DNA from: Candidatus Krumholzibacteriia bacterium | GTDB lineage: Bacteria; Krumholzibacteriota; Krumholzibacteriia; Krumholzibacteriales; Krumholzibacteriaceae | Length of the DNA: 64,000 bases | Assembly: GCA_963836185.1 (NCBI GenBank) | Contig: CAWIIQ010000001.1 | Span: forward strand, 2,144,001-2,208,000 | Reading direction: 5' to 3' | Shown here: positions 48,074-59,548 of the stretch, piece by piece | Position numbering within the stretch: position 1 is the first letter of the stretch | Layout: every line of letters starts with the position of its first letter | Translations under genes and position numbers: made by a program | Notes under the pieces: generated by a model | What the model was told of the DNA's origin: nothing | The model's input: only the letters and a program-made list of their open reading frames with translations | The model's database searches: none

Positions 48074-49250
48074 ATGAAGGACAGGATATCAGTCGCGCAT
48101 CTGATAACGGGCACCTCTACCGGAGGCGCCGAGACGATGCTCCATAAGCTCGTCTCGAGGATCGACAGGGAAAGCTTCGACGTCAGCGTGATCTCGCTGA
48201 CGACGGCCGGAGAGATAGGCAGGAGGATGATCGAGGAGGGTGTCCCTTTCCATTCGATCGAAGCATCGAGAAGCGGGCTCGACCCCGCGGCGCTCGCCAG
48301 GCTGATCCGGCTCCTGCGCCGGGCCCGTCCAGATATACTTCAGACGTGGATGTATCACGCCGACCTGGCCGGCGGACTGGCCGCCAGGTTCGCGCGCTCG
48401 ATCCCCGTCGCCTGGAACATCCGCCACAGCGACCTCGATCCCGGCCACATGAAAAAACGTACGATACAGATCGCGAAATTGTGCTCCCGCCTGTCCCGGC
48501 GCCTCCCCGACAGGATCGTCTGCTGCTCGCGAGCCTCATGGAGACACATGCGGCGATTGGATACGACAGGGAGAGGATGGTAGTCATACCGAACGGATTC
48601 GACACATCTCTCTTCGTTCCCGACAGCGGAGCGCGGAGCTCGGTCCGCGAAGAGCTCGGCCTCGACAGGGACACGCCCCTGGTCGGCCTCGTCGCCAGGT
48701 ACCATCCACAGAAGGACCACGCGACATTCATCCAGGCGGCCGGCATCCTGCGCTCCGAGATGCCCTGAGTGCGCTTCGTCCTCTGCGGAGAGGGAGTGTA
48801 CGGCAGAGAACGGCGACCTTGCCGGTATGATCGAAGGGGCCGGGCTGCGATGAATGCGGCCTTTCTCCTCGGACGCCGTTCCGACATCCCGCGGATACAG
48901 GCGTCACTCGATATCGCTTCGTCCTCCGCTTCGAGCGGTGAGGGGTTCCCCAATATCATCGGAGAGGCGATGTCGTGCGGGGTCCCCTGCGTCGTGACCT
49001 CTGTCGGCGATTCGGCCGAGATCGTGGGAGATTGCGGCATCGTGGTCGAGCCCGGGGACCCGGAAGGCACTAGCCGCGGGATGGAAGAAGATACTCACTA
49101 TGAGAAGCGGGGACCGGAGCGCGCTCGCTCGGCAGGTGCCGCGAGAGGATCGAAAAAAAGTTCGAGATAGGCGCCGTGACCGCCCGGTACGAAGTGATGT
49201 ATCTCGGGATGTGCGGGAAACGCGGAAGATCCGGCAGCGGCGCGTGAGGA
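48074..49250 (+). CDS. Glycosyltransferase family 4, broken by several indels and an in-frame TGA (probable assembly errors)
   Basis: TGGAETML, QTWMYHAD, VIPNGFD, ARYHPQKDH, GEGFPNIIGEAMSCG spread over different frames. Confidence 0.75.
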
Positions 49251-49259
49251 TCCAGTCAA

Positions 49260-50403
49260 TTACGCCCGGTAAGTGAGATCGAGCCTTTCGACCTGAAGCC
49301 GTGTCACGCGGTGTTCGTCGAAGTGATCGAGGACCCTCTGCCTGCCGGCCCTTCCCATCCCTGCTGACATATCGGCGTCCGAGAGGATCTTCAGCATCGC
49401 CTCTCCCAGGGCATAGTGATCACGGGGCGGCACGAGAAGCCCGGTCTCGCCGTCGACGACCTCCTCCCTGCACCCCCTGATATCGGTCGCGGCCACAGGC
49501 AGGCCGCTGGCCATCGCCTCGAGCAGCGAACGAGGCATCCCCTCGCGATAGCTCGGCATCGCGAATAGATCGAGCAGCGAGAGGATCGCAGGGACGTCCT
49601 CCCTGTATCCTGTCATAACAAGCCGTCCAGACAGCCCCTCGCTCTGCACCAGGCCCTCGATCTCCGCGAGGCAGCCGTCGCGGTCGCTCTCGAGAGGGGC
49701 TCCGATCATGATGAACATCGAACCGGGAAGCTCGCGCGAGACTATCCCCGCCGCTTTTACGAACTCGACCGCTCCCTTCTCCCTGACGATCCGCCCGGTG
49801 AACCCCGCGACAGGGGCGCTGTCGATACCTAGCTCTTCCCTCAGAACAGCTGCCGCCGAGGCGTTCGCCTCACGTCCGAAGAGGGAAGGATCGACACCGT
49901 TTCCGATATGTACGAGCTTTTCCACCGGCGCGATCCGGGACTCGACCGCTTCCTCGAGGTCTTCGCCGCTCTGTACGAAGACAGGTCGCATATCGATGCC
50001 CCGAATCGTTCGATCGAGCGCATCACACGGCGCTGCGTTCCGCGCATGTCCTCGTGGAAATAAAACCCGTGGGCGGTATACACGACCCATTTCACACGGG
50101 CCATCCTGGCCGCCACCCGCCGAGCAGCCCCGCGACGGGAGTATGGGTATGTACTATATCGAATCTTTCCCGGAGCATCAGACGGTACAGACGGACAAGC
50201 GAGATTGTATGGGAGAAGATATTGTACGACCTCGAGACAGGGATCCTGAATACGCTGAAGCCCTCCTGCTCCAGGCGATCGAGCCCCCTGCCCGGTGAGC
50301 AGCAGAACGACACCTCATAACCCGAATCACGAAGAGCGAGGCCGAGAGGCCTGAGAAGATGGTATGCAGTAAAATCGACAGCGCAGAGCTGCAGGATCTT
50401 CAT
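49260..50403 (-). CDS. Glycosyltransferase family 4 (WbnK/CapM-like), two frameshifts
   Basis: HTHTPVAG / YTAHGFYF / GRIVREKG, PSYREGMPRSLLEAMA in three frames. Confidence 0.8.
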
Positions 50404-50434
50404 TCCGCCCCTCCGCCATGGGACCGGCCGGCTC

Positions 50435-51038
50435 TCACGCCTGGCCGGGAGAAGAAAGAATCTCCTCGACCAGCCCGCAGAGGATATGCCCGAGGGCCAT
50501 ATGGATCTCCTGTATGCGGGCGAAATCGTCATCCGGCACGATGATAGCGAGATCGGCCTGTCCGGCCATAGCTCCGCCGCCTGCACCGGTAAACGCGAGC
50601 GTCTTCATGCCGAGACTCGCCGCCATCGACAGCGCCTCGACGCAGTTGGCCGAGTTGCCGCTCGTCGACAGCGCCAGCAGCACGATCGCCTTCGCTGCCG
50701 AGCGCCTCTATCTGTTTGGAAAAGACATCGTCGTAACCGAAATCATTCGCGATCGCCGTGACGACCGAGCTGTTCGTTGTCAGAGCGAATGCCTTGTATC
50801 CACTGAGTTTCTTTCTGCGGAACCTTCCGACGAGCTCGCCGGCGATATGCTGCGCGTCCGCCGCGCTTCCGCCATTGCCGCATGTGAGGACGACCTTGCC
50901 CGATCTCGATCGCGCGAGACATAAGTCCGCCATCTCGACAAGAATCACGGCCTGCTCGCGAGGAAACGATTCGAGAGCACGCCTGAGGGCATCGATCTCG
51001 CCGAGTACCTGTTCGATATATCCGTCACTCTTTTCCAT
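50435..51038 (-). CDS. gmhA: Phosphoheptose isomerase (SIS domain), frameshift near 50685
   Basis: [21 protein letters not shown], then LSTSGNS, RIQEIH in a second frame. Confidence 0.88.
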
Positions 51039-51060
51039 ATTCTCACCCTTATCGCAGAGG

Positions 51061-52545
51061 CTATGACCGTGACAGCGCCACGATCGAGATAACGAGCGTT
51101 CCGACCCCGATGAGCCCTGTAAAGATGTCTGCGAATATCCTCGTCTTGCTCCGCTTGATGATGATGACGTCTCCGCTGTTCGGCCGGTAGGTGCTGTCAG
51201 TACCGATCGAAGTCCCATCTTTCGAAATGACTATGACCCTGTCGATACTGCCCTCGTGCGTGGGGCCTCCCACCGCGCCGACATACTGCGCGACTGTCCA
51301 GTTACTGACGAACATCACTTTCCCCGGCAGCTGGACCTGGCCGCCGACAGCCACGGTCTGTTCGACAGTCGGAATGTGCAGGATGTCTCCATCTATCAGG
51401 GGGATATCCTCTGCTGTGCTCGGCGGCACGAATGACTTGAGGTCGACCGGTATCAGCTCACCCGTCGTCCTCTCGAGCGTCGCGGCGGTAAGGTCGGCAT
51501 TCGGATTATAGATCGCCACGCGGCCGAGGAGGCTCCGGAGCCCCTCCCCCTCGGTGATATAATAATCGCCCGTCTGCTGAGTCGCTCCGAAGACAAAGAC
51601 CCTGCTCGTACCGGTCATCCCGTCTATCACATTCACCTCGTCGCGGTCATCGAGGATCATGTCGAATTCGGAGGACGGGACCTGCATCGTCGTTACCGAA
51701 CCGTCTTCGTGGATCCTCGTGAGCAGGACCCTGTCCCTCAGCGCCTCCGCCCTGAATCCCCCGGCGAGGTCGATCAGGTCGCCGACCGTCTCACCCGGCA
51801 GGATCTCGTAGTTAAGCTGTTTATGTACCGCACCTCTGATCGAGGCGTGCCGCCTGGCGACCGGGACGTGTATCCGGTTACCGTTTGAGAGGAATGGATT
51901 GGTTGAGAAATCACCTTTCAGGACATACCGCAGGATATCCACTTCGAGAGTGTCGGCATCCCTGTACAGAAGGACCCGCCTGTTCGACCCCTCTGATATT
52001 ATGCTGCCCGCGAGCTCGACCGCGTCCGATACACGCTGCACCGCCGAGACATTGACGGCCCCCGGAGTCGAGACCTCGCCGGTCACGAAGACCCTGAACA
52101 CACGCGGTTCCTGCAGGTAACAGAAGATCCGCACGTTCTTGAAGAACCTGTTGACCTCCTCGTCAAGCCTCTTCCTGAACTCGTTGAGGGTCAGACCGTC
52201 CGCCTTTATCGCGCCGACACTTGGAACGAAAACGTCGCCTTCCGGCAGGACCACCATGGCGAAGGTCCTCGACTCTGTCCCGATGACGTTGACAAGAAGC
52301 CTGTCGTACGGTCCGAGGACATACTGGTCGGGGTCGATCGCTTTTTCGAGTTTCGGGATGTCATAACTCGATCTCTGCCGTTCGACGACCTGGCCGTAAC
52401 CTGATTCCTTCTTTTCCAGCTCTACCTGGCTCGTCGGGTCCTGCAGCTGTGTGTCGATGCTCTGTGCCGGAGCGCCTACGGTCGAAAGTGCCACCGCGGC
52501 GCAGACGGCGGCGATCATAACGAGTATACGTTTCATTTTCCTCAC
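51061..52545 (-). CDS. Polysaccharide export protein with multiple SLBB domains (Wza/KpsD-like)
   Basis: Signal peptide, [32 protein letters not shown]-terminal helix. Confidence 0.85.
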   Translation of the reverse strand: MRKMKRILVMIAAVCAAVALSTVGAPAQSIDTQLQDPTSQVELEKKESGYGQVVERQRSSYDIPKLEKAIDPDQYVLGPYDRLLVNVIGTESRTFAMVVLPEGDVFVPSVGAIKADGLTLNEFRKRLDEEVNRFFKNVRIFCYLQEPRVFRVFVTGEVSTPGAVNVSAVQRVSDAVELAGSIISEGSNRRVLLYRDADTLEVDILRYVLKGDFSTNPFLSNGNRIHVPVARRHASIRGAVHKQLNYEILPGETVGDLIDLAGGFRAEALRDRVLLTRIHEDGSVTTMQVPSSEFDMILDDRDEVNVIDGMTGTSRVFVFGATQQTGDYYITEGEGLRSLLGRVAIYNPNADLTAATLERTTGELIPVDLKSFVPPSTAEDIPLIDGDILHIPTVEQTVAVGGQVQLPGKVMFVSNWTVAQYVGAVGGPTHEGSIDRVIVISKDGTSIGTDSTYRPNSGDVIIIKRSKTRIFADIFTGLIGVGTLVISIVALSRS

Positions 52546-55223
52546 CGTCCGTTGATCAATCTCTCAACTAATCCGGGGATAGCCTCGAAGACCCGCTGCT
52601 CACTGTCGAGTTCCTTCGTGCCCAGCTGGGCGAGATGTTTCTTCCCGCCCCCTCCTCCTCCGGCCAGGGGACCGAGTTCCTTGACGATATCGACAGCTGT
52701 GACTCCCTTTCCGACAAGATCGTCGGTAACGGTGATCACGAAATGCATCTTTCCCTTGTCCGGCATCGAGAGGACCGCGACACCAGAGGGCACCTTCTCC
52801 CTGAACGAGTCGGCAAGGCCCCTCAAGGCTCCAGCGTCTCTCGCGCCCGGCCTGCCCGTCGCGATCATGAATCCCGAGATCTCATTCGCCTCTCTTATGA
52901 TATTATCGAGCTGGCTGCCGCCGCCCTTCTCGAGTATCTTTATCTCCTTCTTCATCTCTTCCACTGTCTCGAGCATCGCCCCGATCCTAGCCTTCATCTC
53001 TGCCGGGGTCGTCCTGAGAAGGGACGCCGCTTCTTCCTCACGGTCGAACGAGTCGTGGACATGGCGCAGGGCTCCCTGTCCGGTCACGGCCTCGATCCTG
53101 CGCACCCCGGCCGCGACACTGCTCTCCGACACTATCAGGAAAAGTCCTGCCTGGCCAGTCGATGAGAGATGAGTGCCGCCGCACAGTTCGGTAGACACGT
53201 CTCCCATATGGACCACGCGGACCTTCGTCCCGTACTTCTCGTCAAAAAGGGCGATGGCTCCGGAATCGATCGCTCCCTGGTAGTCCATCAGCTCTGTTCT
53301 CACCTCGAGAGCGTCCCGGATCCACCGGTTGACGAGTTCCTCTATCCTTCTCTTTTCCTCACCGGTGACCGCCTGGAAATGATTGAAATCGAATCTCAGC
53401 CTGTCCGGCCCGACGAGCGAGCCGGCCTGCGCGACGTGCCCGCCGACGATCTCCCGCAGCGCGGCATGAAGCAGGTGAGTCGCGGTATGGTTTGCCGCCG
53501 TCGCCAGCCTCGCCTCGTTATTGATATGAAGTGTTATCTTTGGATCCTTCTCTACCAGTTCCCCGATACCGGAAATATCATCGGCAGCCTCGGCAAGGTG
53601 GATTATCTCTCCGCCTCTCTTGAATACGTCGCGGATCTCCAGCCTGCCGCCGGTCATCTCGATCCAGCCGCTGTCGGCCATCTGCCCGCCCGATGTGGCG
53701 TAGAACGGAGTCCTGTCGAGGACGAGTTCGACCGCGGGAGTATTCGCCCGGGACCATGTGACATCTTTCCTCTCCGCTTTATCGAGCACCCTGTACCTGC
53801 GCACCTCGGCCTCGCCGCCGACGCTCTCGTACCCGGTGAAGATCGAACTCTCCCCCTCGGACAGTTCTGTCATCTCGACAAGCGCCTGCTCGCCCGCGTC
53901 GAAGGCGCTGCTCCTCTGAGCGCGTTTCCGCTGCTCCTCCATGGCGGCAGCGAAACCTTCCTCATCGACTTCGAGCCCTTCTTCCGCAGCGAGGGCGATC
54001 GTCAGTTCAAGAGGGAACCCGTACGTATCATAAAGTAAAAATGCCTGTTCGCCTGCGATCGCCTTGCCCTTGTCGTTCCTTATATCATCGACGATGACGG
54101 CGAACCTCGACTTGCCGTCCTCCAGGGTCCTGTAGAAGCTCTCCTCCTCCGCCCTGATTATCATCGCGGTGTCAGGCGCCCTCTCGACAAGCTCGGGATA
54201 GTCCTCTCCCATCACCCTGACTACCTCGTCGACCATGCCGTAGAGGACCGGCCCGTCGATCCCGAATGTATGAAGCCGCGTCAGCGCACGCCTCAGTATC
54301 CTTCTGAGTATATATCCCCTGCCTTCGTTCGACGGGTATATCCCCTCTGAGATCGTGAATGTCAGCGCCCTTGCATGATCGGCGATCATGTTGATACCGA
54401 GTTTCGCCTCGCCGGCCGTATCGGTGCCTTCGGGAAGAAGCGCGATAACGGCATCGACGAGGGGCTGGAATATATCTGTGTGAAAATTGTCCTCGGCCCC
54501 CTGCATGATCATCGCGATCCGCTCGAGGCCGGCGCCCGTATCGATACCAGGTTTCTCAAGGGGCCTGTACGTCCCGTCCTCCTCTAGGAAGAACTGCGGG
54601 AATACGAGGTTCCAGAACTCGAGATAGCGGTCGCAGTCGCATCCCGGGGCGCACTCCGCGCTTCCGCATCCCCTGGCCTCGCCCGCGTCGTAATAGATCT
54701 CCGAACAGGGGCCGCAGACACCGGTACTGCCGACGGGGCCCCAGAAATTGTCCTTGCGGCCGAGCCTGACGATCCTGTCGGCAGGCACTCCTATCTTCTC
54801 GTTCCATATCCCGTAAGCCTCGTCGTCATCCTCGAAGATGCTGACGTAGAGACGGTTCTCGGGGAGCTGGAGCACATCGATGACAAACTCCCAGGCCCAT
54901 TCGATCGCCTCGACCTTGAAATAGTCGCCGAAACTGAAATTACCGAGCATCTCGAAGAAGGTATGGTGGCGAAGCGTCCTGCCTACGCTCTCGAGGTCTC
55001 CGGCCCTGAGGCATTTCTGGACGCTGACCGCCCTAGTATAGGGAAGGTTGTCGGGCGAGAGGTAGAAATCCTTGAACTGCACCATCCCGGCGGAGGTAAA
55101 GAGGAGCGTCGCGTCGCCCTTCGGCACCAGCGGCGCGCTAGGCACCTCAGTGTGCTTCCTCTCGAGGAAGAAATCGAGGTAGGCTTTCCTTATATCGTGA
55201 GCTGTCCTGATATTACTGTTCAT
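52542..55223 (-). CDS. alaS: Alanine--tRNA ligase
   Basis: LLFTSAGMVQFK, HHTFFEMLGNFSFGDYFK, DTGAGLER, HTATHLLH, ELCGGTH. Confidence 0.98.
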   Translation of the reverse strand: MNSNIRTAHDIRKAYLDFFLERKHTEVPSAPLVPKGDATLLFTSAGMVQFKDFYLSPDNLPYTRAVSVQKCLRAGDLESVGRTLRHHTFFEMLGNFSFGDYFKVEAIEWAWEFVIDVLQLPENRLYVSIFEDDDEAYGIWNEKIGVPADRIVRLGRKDNFWGPVGSTGVCGPCSEIYYDAGEARGCGSAECAPGCDCDRYLEFWNLVFPQFFLEEDGTYRPLEKPGIDTGAGLERIAMIMQGAEDNFHTDIFQPLVDAVIALLPEGTDTAGEAKLGINMIADHARALTFTISEGIYPSNEGRGYILRRILRRALTRLHTFGIDGPVLYGMVDEVVRVMGEDYPELVERAPDTAMIIRAEEESFYRTLEDGKSRFAVIVDDIRNDKGKAIAGEQAFLLYDTYGFPLELTIALAAEEGLEVDEEGFAAAMEEQRKRAQRSSAFDAGEQALVEMTELSEGESSIFTGYESVGGEAEVRRYRVLDKAERKDVTWSRANTPAVELVLDRTPFYATSGGQMADSGWIEMTGGRLEIRDVFKRGGEIIHLAEAADDISGIGELVEKDPKITLHINNEARLATAANHTATHLLHAALREIVGGHVAQAGSLVGPDRLRFDFNHFQAVTGEEKRRIEELVNRWIRDALEVRTELMDYQGAIDSGAIALFDEKYGTKVRVVHMGDVSTELCGGTHLSSTGQAGLFLIVSESSVAAGVRRIEAVTGQGALRHVHDSFDREEEAASLLRTTPAEMKARIGAMLETVEEMKKEIKILEKGGGSQLDNIIREANEISGFMIATGRPGARDAGALRGLADSFREKVPSGVAVLSMPDKGKMHFVITVTDDLVGKGVTAVDIVKELGPLAGGGGGGKKHLAQLGTKELDSEQRVFEAIPGLVERLINGR

Positions 55224-55893
55224 CTGCCTCTCCGGTGATCTCTCCTCTCAATATCCCCGCGCATATGCTTCCGACGACACCGGACGCGAAGCCTCTACGG
55301 GAGAGATAGCCTCCTATCCTTCGCGCCGCCTTTTCCCTGCCGGACCTGGATTCAGCCGCTGCGGCGCGCGCAAGCCTGTCCAGGGCCATCTTCGAGGCCA
55401 GCCTCTCCTCCTCGCCGGGAGGAAAAGCGTCTGAGAGCAGTTCGTCTATGACCTCGGCCTCGACCCCGGCCCCCGACAGCTTCCTTCTCAGAAGAGCCGG
55501 CCCGGCGGGGTTGTGCCTCAGCCTGTATCCTATGAGCTCCGAAGCGAACCGCCTGTCGTTCAACAGGTTCTTCCTCTTGAGCGTCTCGACAATATAATCC
55601 ATCGAGGCCGGATTATCTATACCTTCCGCCTCGAGTTCCTCGCGCACCTCATGCTCGGTCCGTTCGCGTCTTGACAGGAAACTGAGGGCGCGGGCCATTC
55701 CCGCCTGCCGGGCTACCGGCCCCTCAAGCTCCTCGATGTCGCCGGGGTCGAGCACGGCGCCTTCCTCGAGGAAACGCTCCGTCGCGGGGGTCTTCAGGAC
55801 GAGATAAATCTTTCCCGACGAGGTCGTTACCCTGCGGAGCGACCCGGTGCTTCTCGATACCGATACTATCTCAGTGCTGCTGCTCAAGGTCAT
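55213..55893 (-). CDS. recX: Regulatory protein RecX
   Basis: LSRRERTEHE, LNDRRFA, YLSRRGF; directly after recA. Confidence 0.88.
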   Translation of the reverse strand: MTLSSSTEIVSVSRSTGSLRRVTTSSGKIYLVLKTPATERFLEEGAVLDPGDIEELEGPVARQAGMARALSFLSRRERTEHEVREELEAEGIDNPASMDYIVETLKRKNLLNDRRFASELIGYRLRHNPAGPALLRRKLSGAGVEAEVIDELLSDAFPPGEEERLASKMALDRLARAAAAESRSGREKAARRIGGYLSRRGFASGVVGSICAGILRGEITGEADEQ

Positions 55894-55902
55894 GGTCCGG
55901 GC

Positions 55903-57018
55903 CTACACCTGTTTCAGATCGGCCTCGCCGCCGTCACCAGCAGGAGCCGCCGTCTCTTTCGCCACGGTAGAAGCAGGTGCGGCAGCGGGGACCGGCGAAG
56001 CGTCAAGCCCGTAGTGCTCGCGCACACTGGTCTCTATCTCGGCTCGTATATCGGTGTTCTCCTTGAGGAAAATCCGGGTATTGTCCTTGCCCTGGCCGAG
56101 TCTTGTCTCTCCCCAGGAATACCAGCTGCCCATCTTCGTCAGTATGCCGGAGACTACGCCCAGCTCGATCAGGTCGCCCTCGAGGCTGATACCCTCGCCG
56201 TAGAGTATCTCGAATTCGGCCTGGCGGAATGGCGCGGCGACCTTGTTCTTGACGACCTTGACCCTCGTCATGTTCCCGATGATGCTCTCGCGGTCCTTTA
56301 TCTGTCCGATGCGGCGGATGTCCATCCTCATCGTCGCGTAGAACTTCAATGCGTTTCCACCCGAAGTAGTCTCGGGATTACCGAACATCACGCCGATCTT
56401 CATCCGGATCTGGTTGGTGAATATCATACATGTGCGCGATTTTGAGACCGCGCCCGCTATCTTTCTGAGGGCCTGCGACATCAGCCTCGCCTGGAGGCCG
56501 ACATGCGAGTCACCCATATTGCCCTCGATCTCGGCCGAAGGCACGAGTGCCGCGACCGAGTCGATCACTACAACGTCGATCGCGTCGCTGCGGATGAGGA
56601 CCTCGGCGATCTCGAGCGCCTGCTCGCCCGTATCAGGCTGGGATATGAGAAGGTTGTCGATATCGACCCCTATCTTCCTCGCGTAACCGACGTCGAGAGC
56701 ATGCTCGGCATCGATGAAAGCAGCCACGCCTCCGAGCTTCTGCGCGTTCGCGACTATCGAGCAGGCAAGGGTCGTCTTGCCCGATCCCTCGGGCCCGTAG
56801 ATCTCCATCACCCTGCCCCGCGGCACTCCCCCGATCCCCGCCGCGATATCGAGCGCGAGGCTGCCGGTAGGAATAGCCTCTATCTCCTGGTGCGCGCCTT
56901 CCTCGCCCAGGCGCATGATCGCTCCTTTTCCGAACTGTTTCTCTATCTGGTCGACAGCAAGCTCGATCGCCTTGCCCTTGTCGCCCTGTTTCAAAGCCGG
57001 TTTTGTGCTTTTTACCAT
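55903..57018 (-). CDS. recA: Recombinase RecA
   Basis: [45 protein letters not shown]. Confidence 0.98.
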   Translation of the reverse strand: MVKSTKPALKQGDKGKAIELAVDQIEKQFGKGAIMRLGEEGAHQEIEAIPTGSLALDIAAGIGGVPRGRVMEIYGPEGSGKTTLACSIVANAQKLGGVAAFIDAEHALDVGYARKIGVDIDNLLISQPDTGEQALEIAEVLIRSDAIDVVVIDSVAALVPSAEIEGNMGDSHVGLQARLMSQALRKIAGAVSKSRTCMIFTNQIRMKIGVMFGNPETTSGGNALKFYATMRMDIRRIGQIKDRESIIGNMTRVKVVKNKVAAPFRQAEFEILYGEGISLEGDLIELGVVSGILTKMGSWYSWGETRLGQGKDNTRIFLKENTDIRAEIETSVREHYGLDASPVPAAAPASTVAKETAAPAGDGGEADLKQV

Positions 57019-57151
57019 CTTTGACACCTTCTGGGTCCTTGTCTTTTTACCGAATCTGTCCGCGTTCACTTTCTTCCTCCCACTTCTTCCCCCGATCTAT
57101 CATGCGGCTGATTTATCCCGGGCCGCCACGGCGGCGGCCCGTCAGACTGCT

Positions 57152-57180
57152 TTTATATCACCAACCTGTCGATTGTTCAA
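57152..57180 (-). promoter_or_regulatory. sigma70 promoter of recA
   Basis: TTGAAC-N17-TATAAA with TGn; GC hairpin (57119-57141) in the 5' UTR. Confidence 0.65.
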
Positions 57181-57231
57181 TGAATTTCACGATTTTGAGG
57201 GAAGGTGTTTTCCCGTGTCTTTCGCCCGATA

Positions 57232-57792
57232 TCAGCGTCCGAGCTCGAATTCTCCGGCTTCTTCGTATAATGCGCCTGAAGGGGTCAAACGGCTGCTCAT
57301 CAGCGTAAAATGGCCGGCATCGAGAAAGGCGGCTGCATCCAGGGGCGGGAAGGACCGCAGGGCACAGAGGGCCTCATCTCCGGGAGGGCGTTTTACCCGG
57401 GCGAGAGTCAGGTGGGCCCTGAATCTCTTTTTATCCCTCTCGAACCCGATCTTTTCACATTCATCCTCTATCCGCCCGGCAAGATCCCTGAGCTTCTCGA
57501 ATCCACTGTCGATACCATAGTAGATCACCCGAGGATCATCAAGATCGGGGAACCCGCCGATACTCCCCATCGTCAGGCGGAACGGCTCCGTCCCCGATGC
57601 CGCGCTCCTCGCCGCTTCATGGATCGACGGAAGCATACTGCCGTCGACCTCTCCGAGGAATTTCAGTGTGAAGTGATAGTTCTCCGGCCGGATCCATCTC
57701 CACGGAGCGCGGCGGATGCTGGAATCCTCTATGATACGCGAGATCCGCCCCGCTATCGATTCTCCCGCATGAAGGGCGAAGAAGAGCCTCAC
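57232..57792 (-). CDS. thpR: RNA 2',3'-cyclic phosphodiesterase
   Basis: RLFFAL, HFTLKFLG, HLTLAR (two HxT motifs), SRLTPSGALY. Confidence 0.92.
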   Translation of the reverse strand: MRLFFALHAGESIAGRISRIIEDSSIRRAPWRWIRPENYHFTLKFLGEVDGSMLPSIHEAARSAASGTEPFRLTMGSIGGFPDLDDPRVIYYGIDSGFEKLRDLAGRIEDECEKIGFERDKKRFRAHLTLARVKRPPGDEALCALRSFPPLDAAAFLDAGHFTLMSSRLTPSGALYEEAGEFELGR

Positions 57793-59007
57793 GGGTACCG
57801 GCCCTCCTGTCCGAGCAACCTCCGCCTCAGCATATCGAGGCAGGTGCAGGCGGTCCTGAGCCTGATCACTTCCCGCCACCCGGCCATCTTTCTCTTCCGG
57901 CACTCAGTCATGCCGGCAAAGGCCAGTCCCATCCAGCACAATCCCACAGGCTTGCCTTCGACAGCTCCGCCGGGGCCGGCTATCCCTGTCGTCGAGAGTC
58001 CGATATCCGCTCCCGAGATCCTCGCGGCACCCTCGGCCATCTGCCCGCAGACCTCCTCGCTTACCGCCCCTTCAGTGGCTATGGCAGTCTGCCCGACGCC
58101 GAGGATCCTCGTCTTCGATTCGTTGCTGTAGGTTATATATCCTTCGAGGAATGTCTCGCTCGCACCCGGCACCGAGACGATCAGCGAGGCAAGCATGCCC
58201 CCCGTCAGGGATTCGGCTGTTGCAAGGGTCAGCTTCCTCTCACGAAGCATGCCGACGACTACATCTTCGAGCCTGTCCCTCCCCTCACCGAACAGATCGT
58301 CCCCGAGGCTCTCCGAGGCCCGCGCGGCGATCTCCTCATCGATACCGGGAGGAAGATATACACTGATCCCGGAGGGGGACGAGATTATCGAGAGATGCTC
58401 GAGGAGGTCTTCCCCGAGCACTGGCGCCAGCCTCTCCTCCACGGCTGTCTCCATCAGGCCGAAGACCCGCAGTACTTTTCTCCGGTCTTCCGAGCCGGAT
58501 ACCAGGCGTGGAAGGACGAGGCGTTCGAACATATCTTCCATCTCGCCCGGAACGCCGGGGAGAAGGAAGATGCCGCACTCCTCCCGCCTCGATCGCGAGA
58601 CCGGGCGCCGCTCCCACCAGGTTCTCGAGAAGTTCCGCGCCCGCCGGGACCCGCGCCAGATCCCTGTAACCTTCAGGCATCGTGAATCCCAGCTCGGTGA
58701 AACGCCGCTCGATCCCGGCTATGATCCCGTCACGGATCTCTACTTCCCCCCCGAACGCGTCGATGGCCGCCTGCCGCGTCACATCGTCCACGGTCGGGCC
58801 GAGCCCGCCCGTGACCACGACGGCGTCGCTCCTCTCCGCCGCAGCGGCGAGCTCATCGCGGATAAGATCTGTCCTGTCGGGAAGAGCCGTCGTCCTCCAC
58901 GGAGAGATCCCGGCCGATGTAAGGGATATGGAAAGCCATACTGTGTTGTTTTTAACTGTCTCGCCGCGGAGGACCTCGTCCCCGACCGTGATTATCTCGA
59001 CCCTCAT
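57789..59007 (-). CDS. cinA: CinA competence/damage-inducible protein (NMN deamidase PncC domain), frameshift near 58590
   Basis: VGDEVLRG, TGGLGPTVDDVT / LPGVPGEM, AESLTGG, TYSNESK, TGIAGPGG. Confidence 0.9.
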
Positions 59008-59459
59008 AGCAGTTCCGTGAAATGTCTCAGCAGTACCATCACCGCCAGAGCGTAGAGCCCCGCGAGTATATCATCGACCACTACGCCCACTCCTCCCGGA
59101 AGTCTCTGGGACCTGCCGGCGGGAAATGGTTTCGCGATATCGAATATCCTGAACAGTACGTATCCGACAAGCCCGGCCCTGAGGGTGACTGGCGACAGGA
59201 GCAGGGTGATCTGCATACCGACGACCTCGTCGATCACGATACAGGAAGCGTCCTCGCCATAATATTTCTCCATGATGTGTGAGATGATGATCGCAACGGG
59301 GATCAATCCGGCGATGACGGCCCAATGAGTCATCCAGTGCCCGCCAGGTACAAAGAGCCAAACGAGCAGCCAGACCATACTGGCAAACGACGCGGGTGCG
59401 AACGGGAAGAACCCCGTATAAAAAAAAGAGCCGAAGATCGTGACGAAGAACCGTTTCAT
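59004..59459 (-). CDS. pgpA: Phosphatidylglycerophosphatase A
   Basis: IVIDEVVG, FRIFDIAKPFP, GVVVDDILAG. Confidence 0.92.
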   Translation of the reverse strand: MKRFFVTIFGSFFYTGFFPFAPASFASMVWLLVWLFVPGGHWMTHWAVIAGLIPVAIIISHIMEKYYGEDASCIVIDEVVGMQITLLLSPVTLRAGLVGYVLFRIFDIAKPFPAGRSQRLPGGVGVVVDDILAGLYALAVMVLLRHFTELL

Positions 59460-59486
59460 CTGCATCCTTTGACAGGTACAGATGTC

Positions 59487-59515
59487 AGGATATAGACAAG
59501 GGCGGGAATCGGCAA
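59487..59515 (-). promoter_or_regulatory. Putative sigma70 promoter of pgpA-cinA-thpR
   Basis: TTGCCG-N17-TATCCT. Confidence 0.5.
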
Positions 59516-59548
59516 TCAAATAATCACCGAAAGGCGGGCAGGATCTGC

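Noticed and set aside
48766-48768. In-frame TGA in the + strand GT4, read as selenocysteine because selA is present
   Set aside because: It is not at a Cys or catalytic position, no SECIS is evident, and the gene has several neighbouring indels; CCCTGAGTG is simply explained as a mis-called CCTGAGGTG
57060-57230. LexA (SOS) box upstream of recA
   Set aside because: No convincing match to the CTGT-N8-ACAG or GAAC-N4-GTTC types; the lineage-specific motif is unknown
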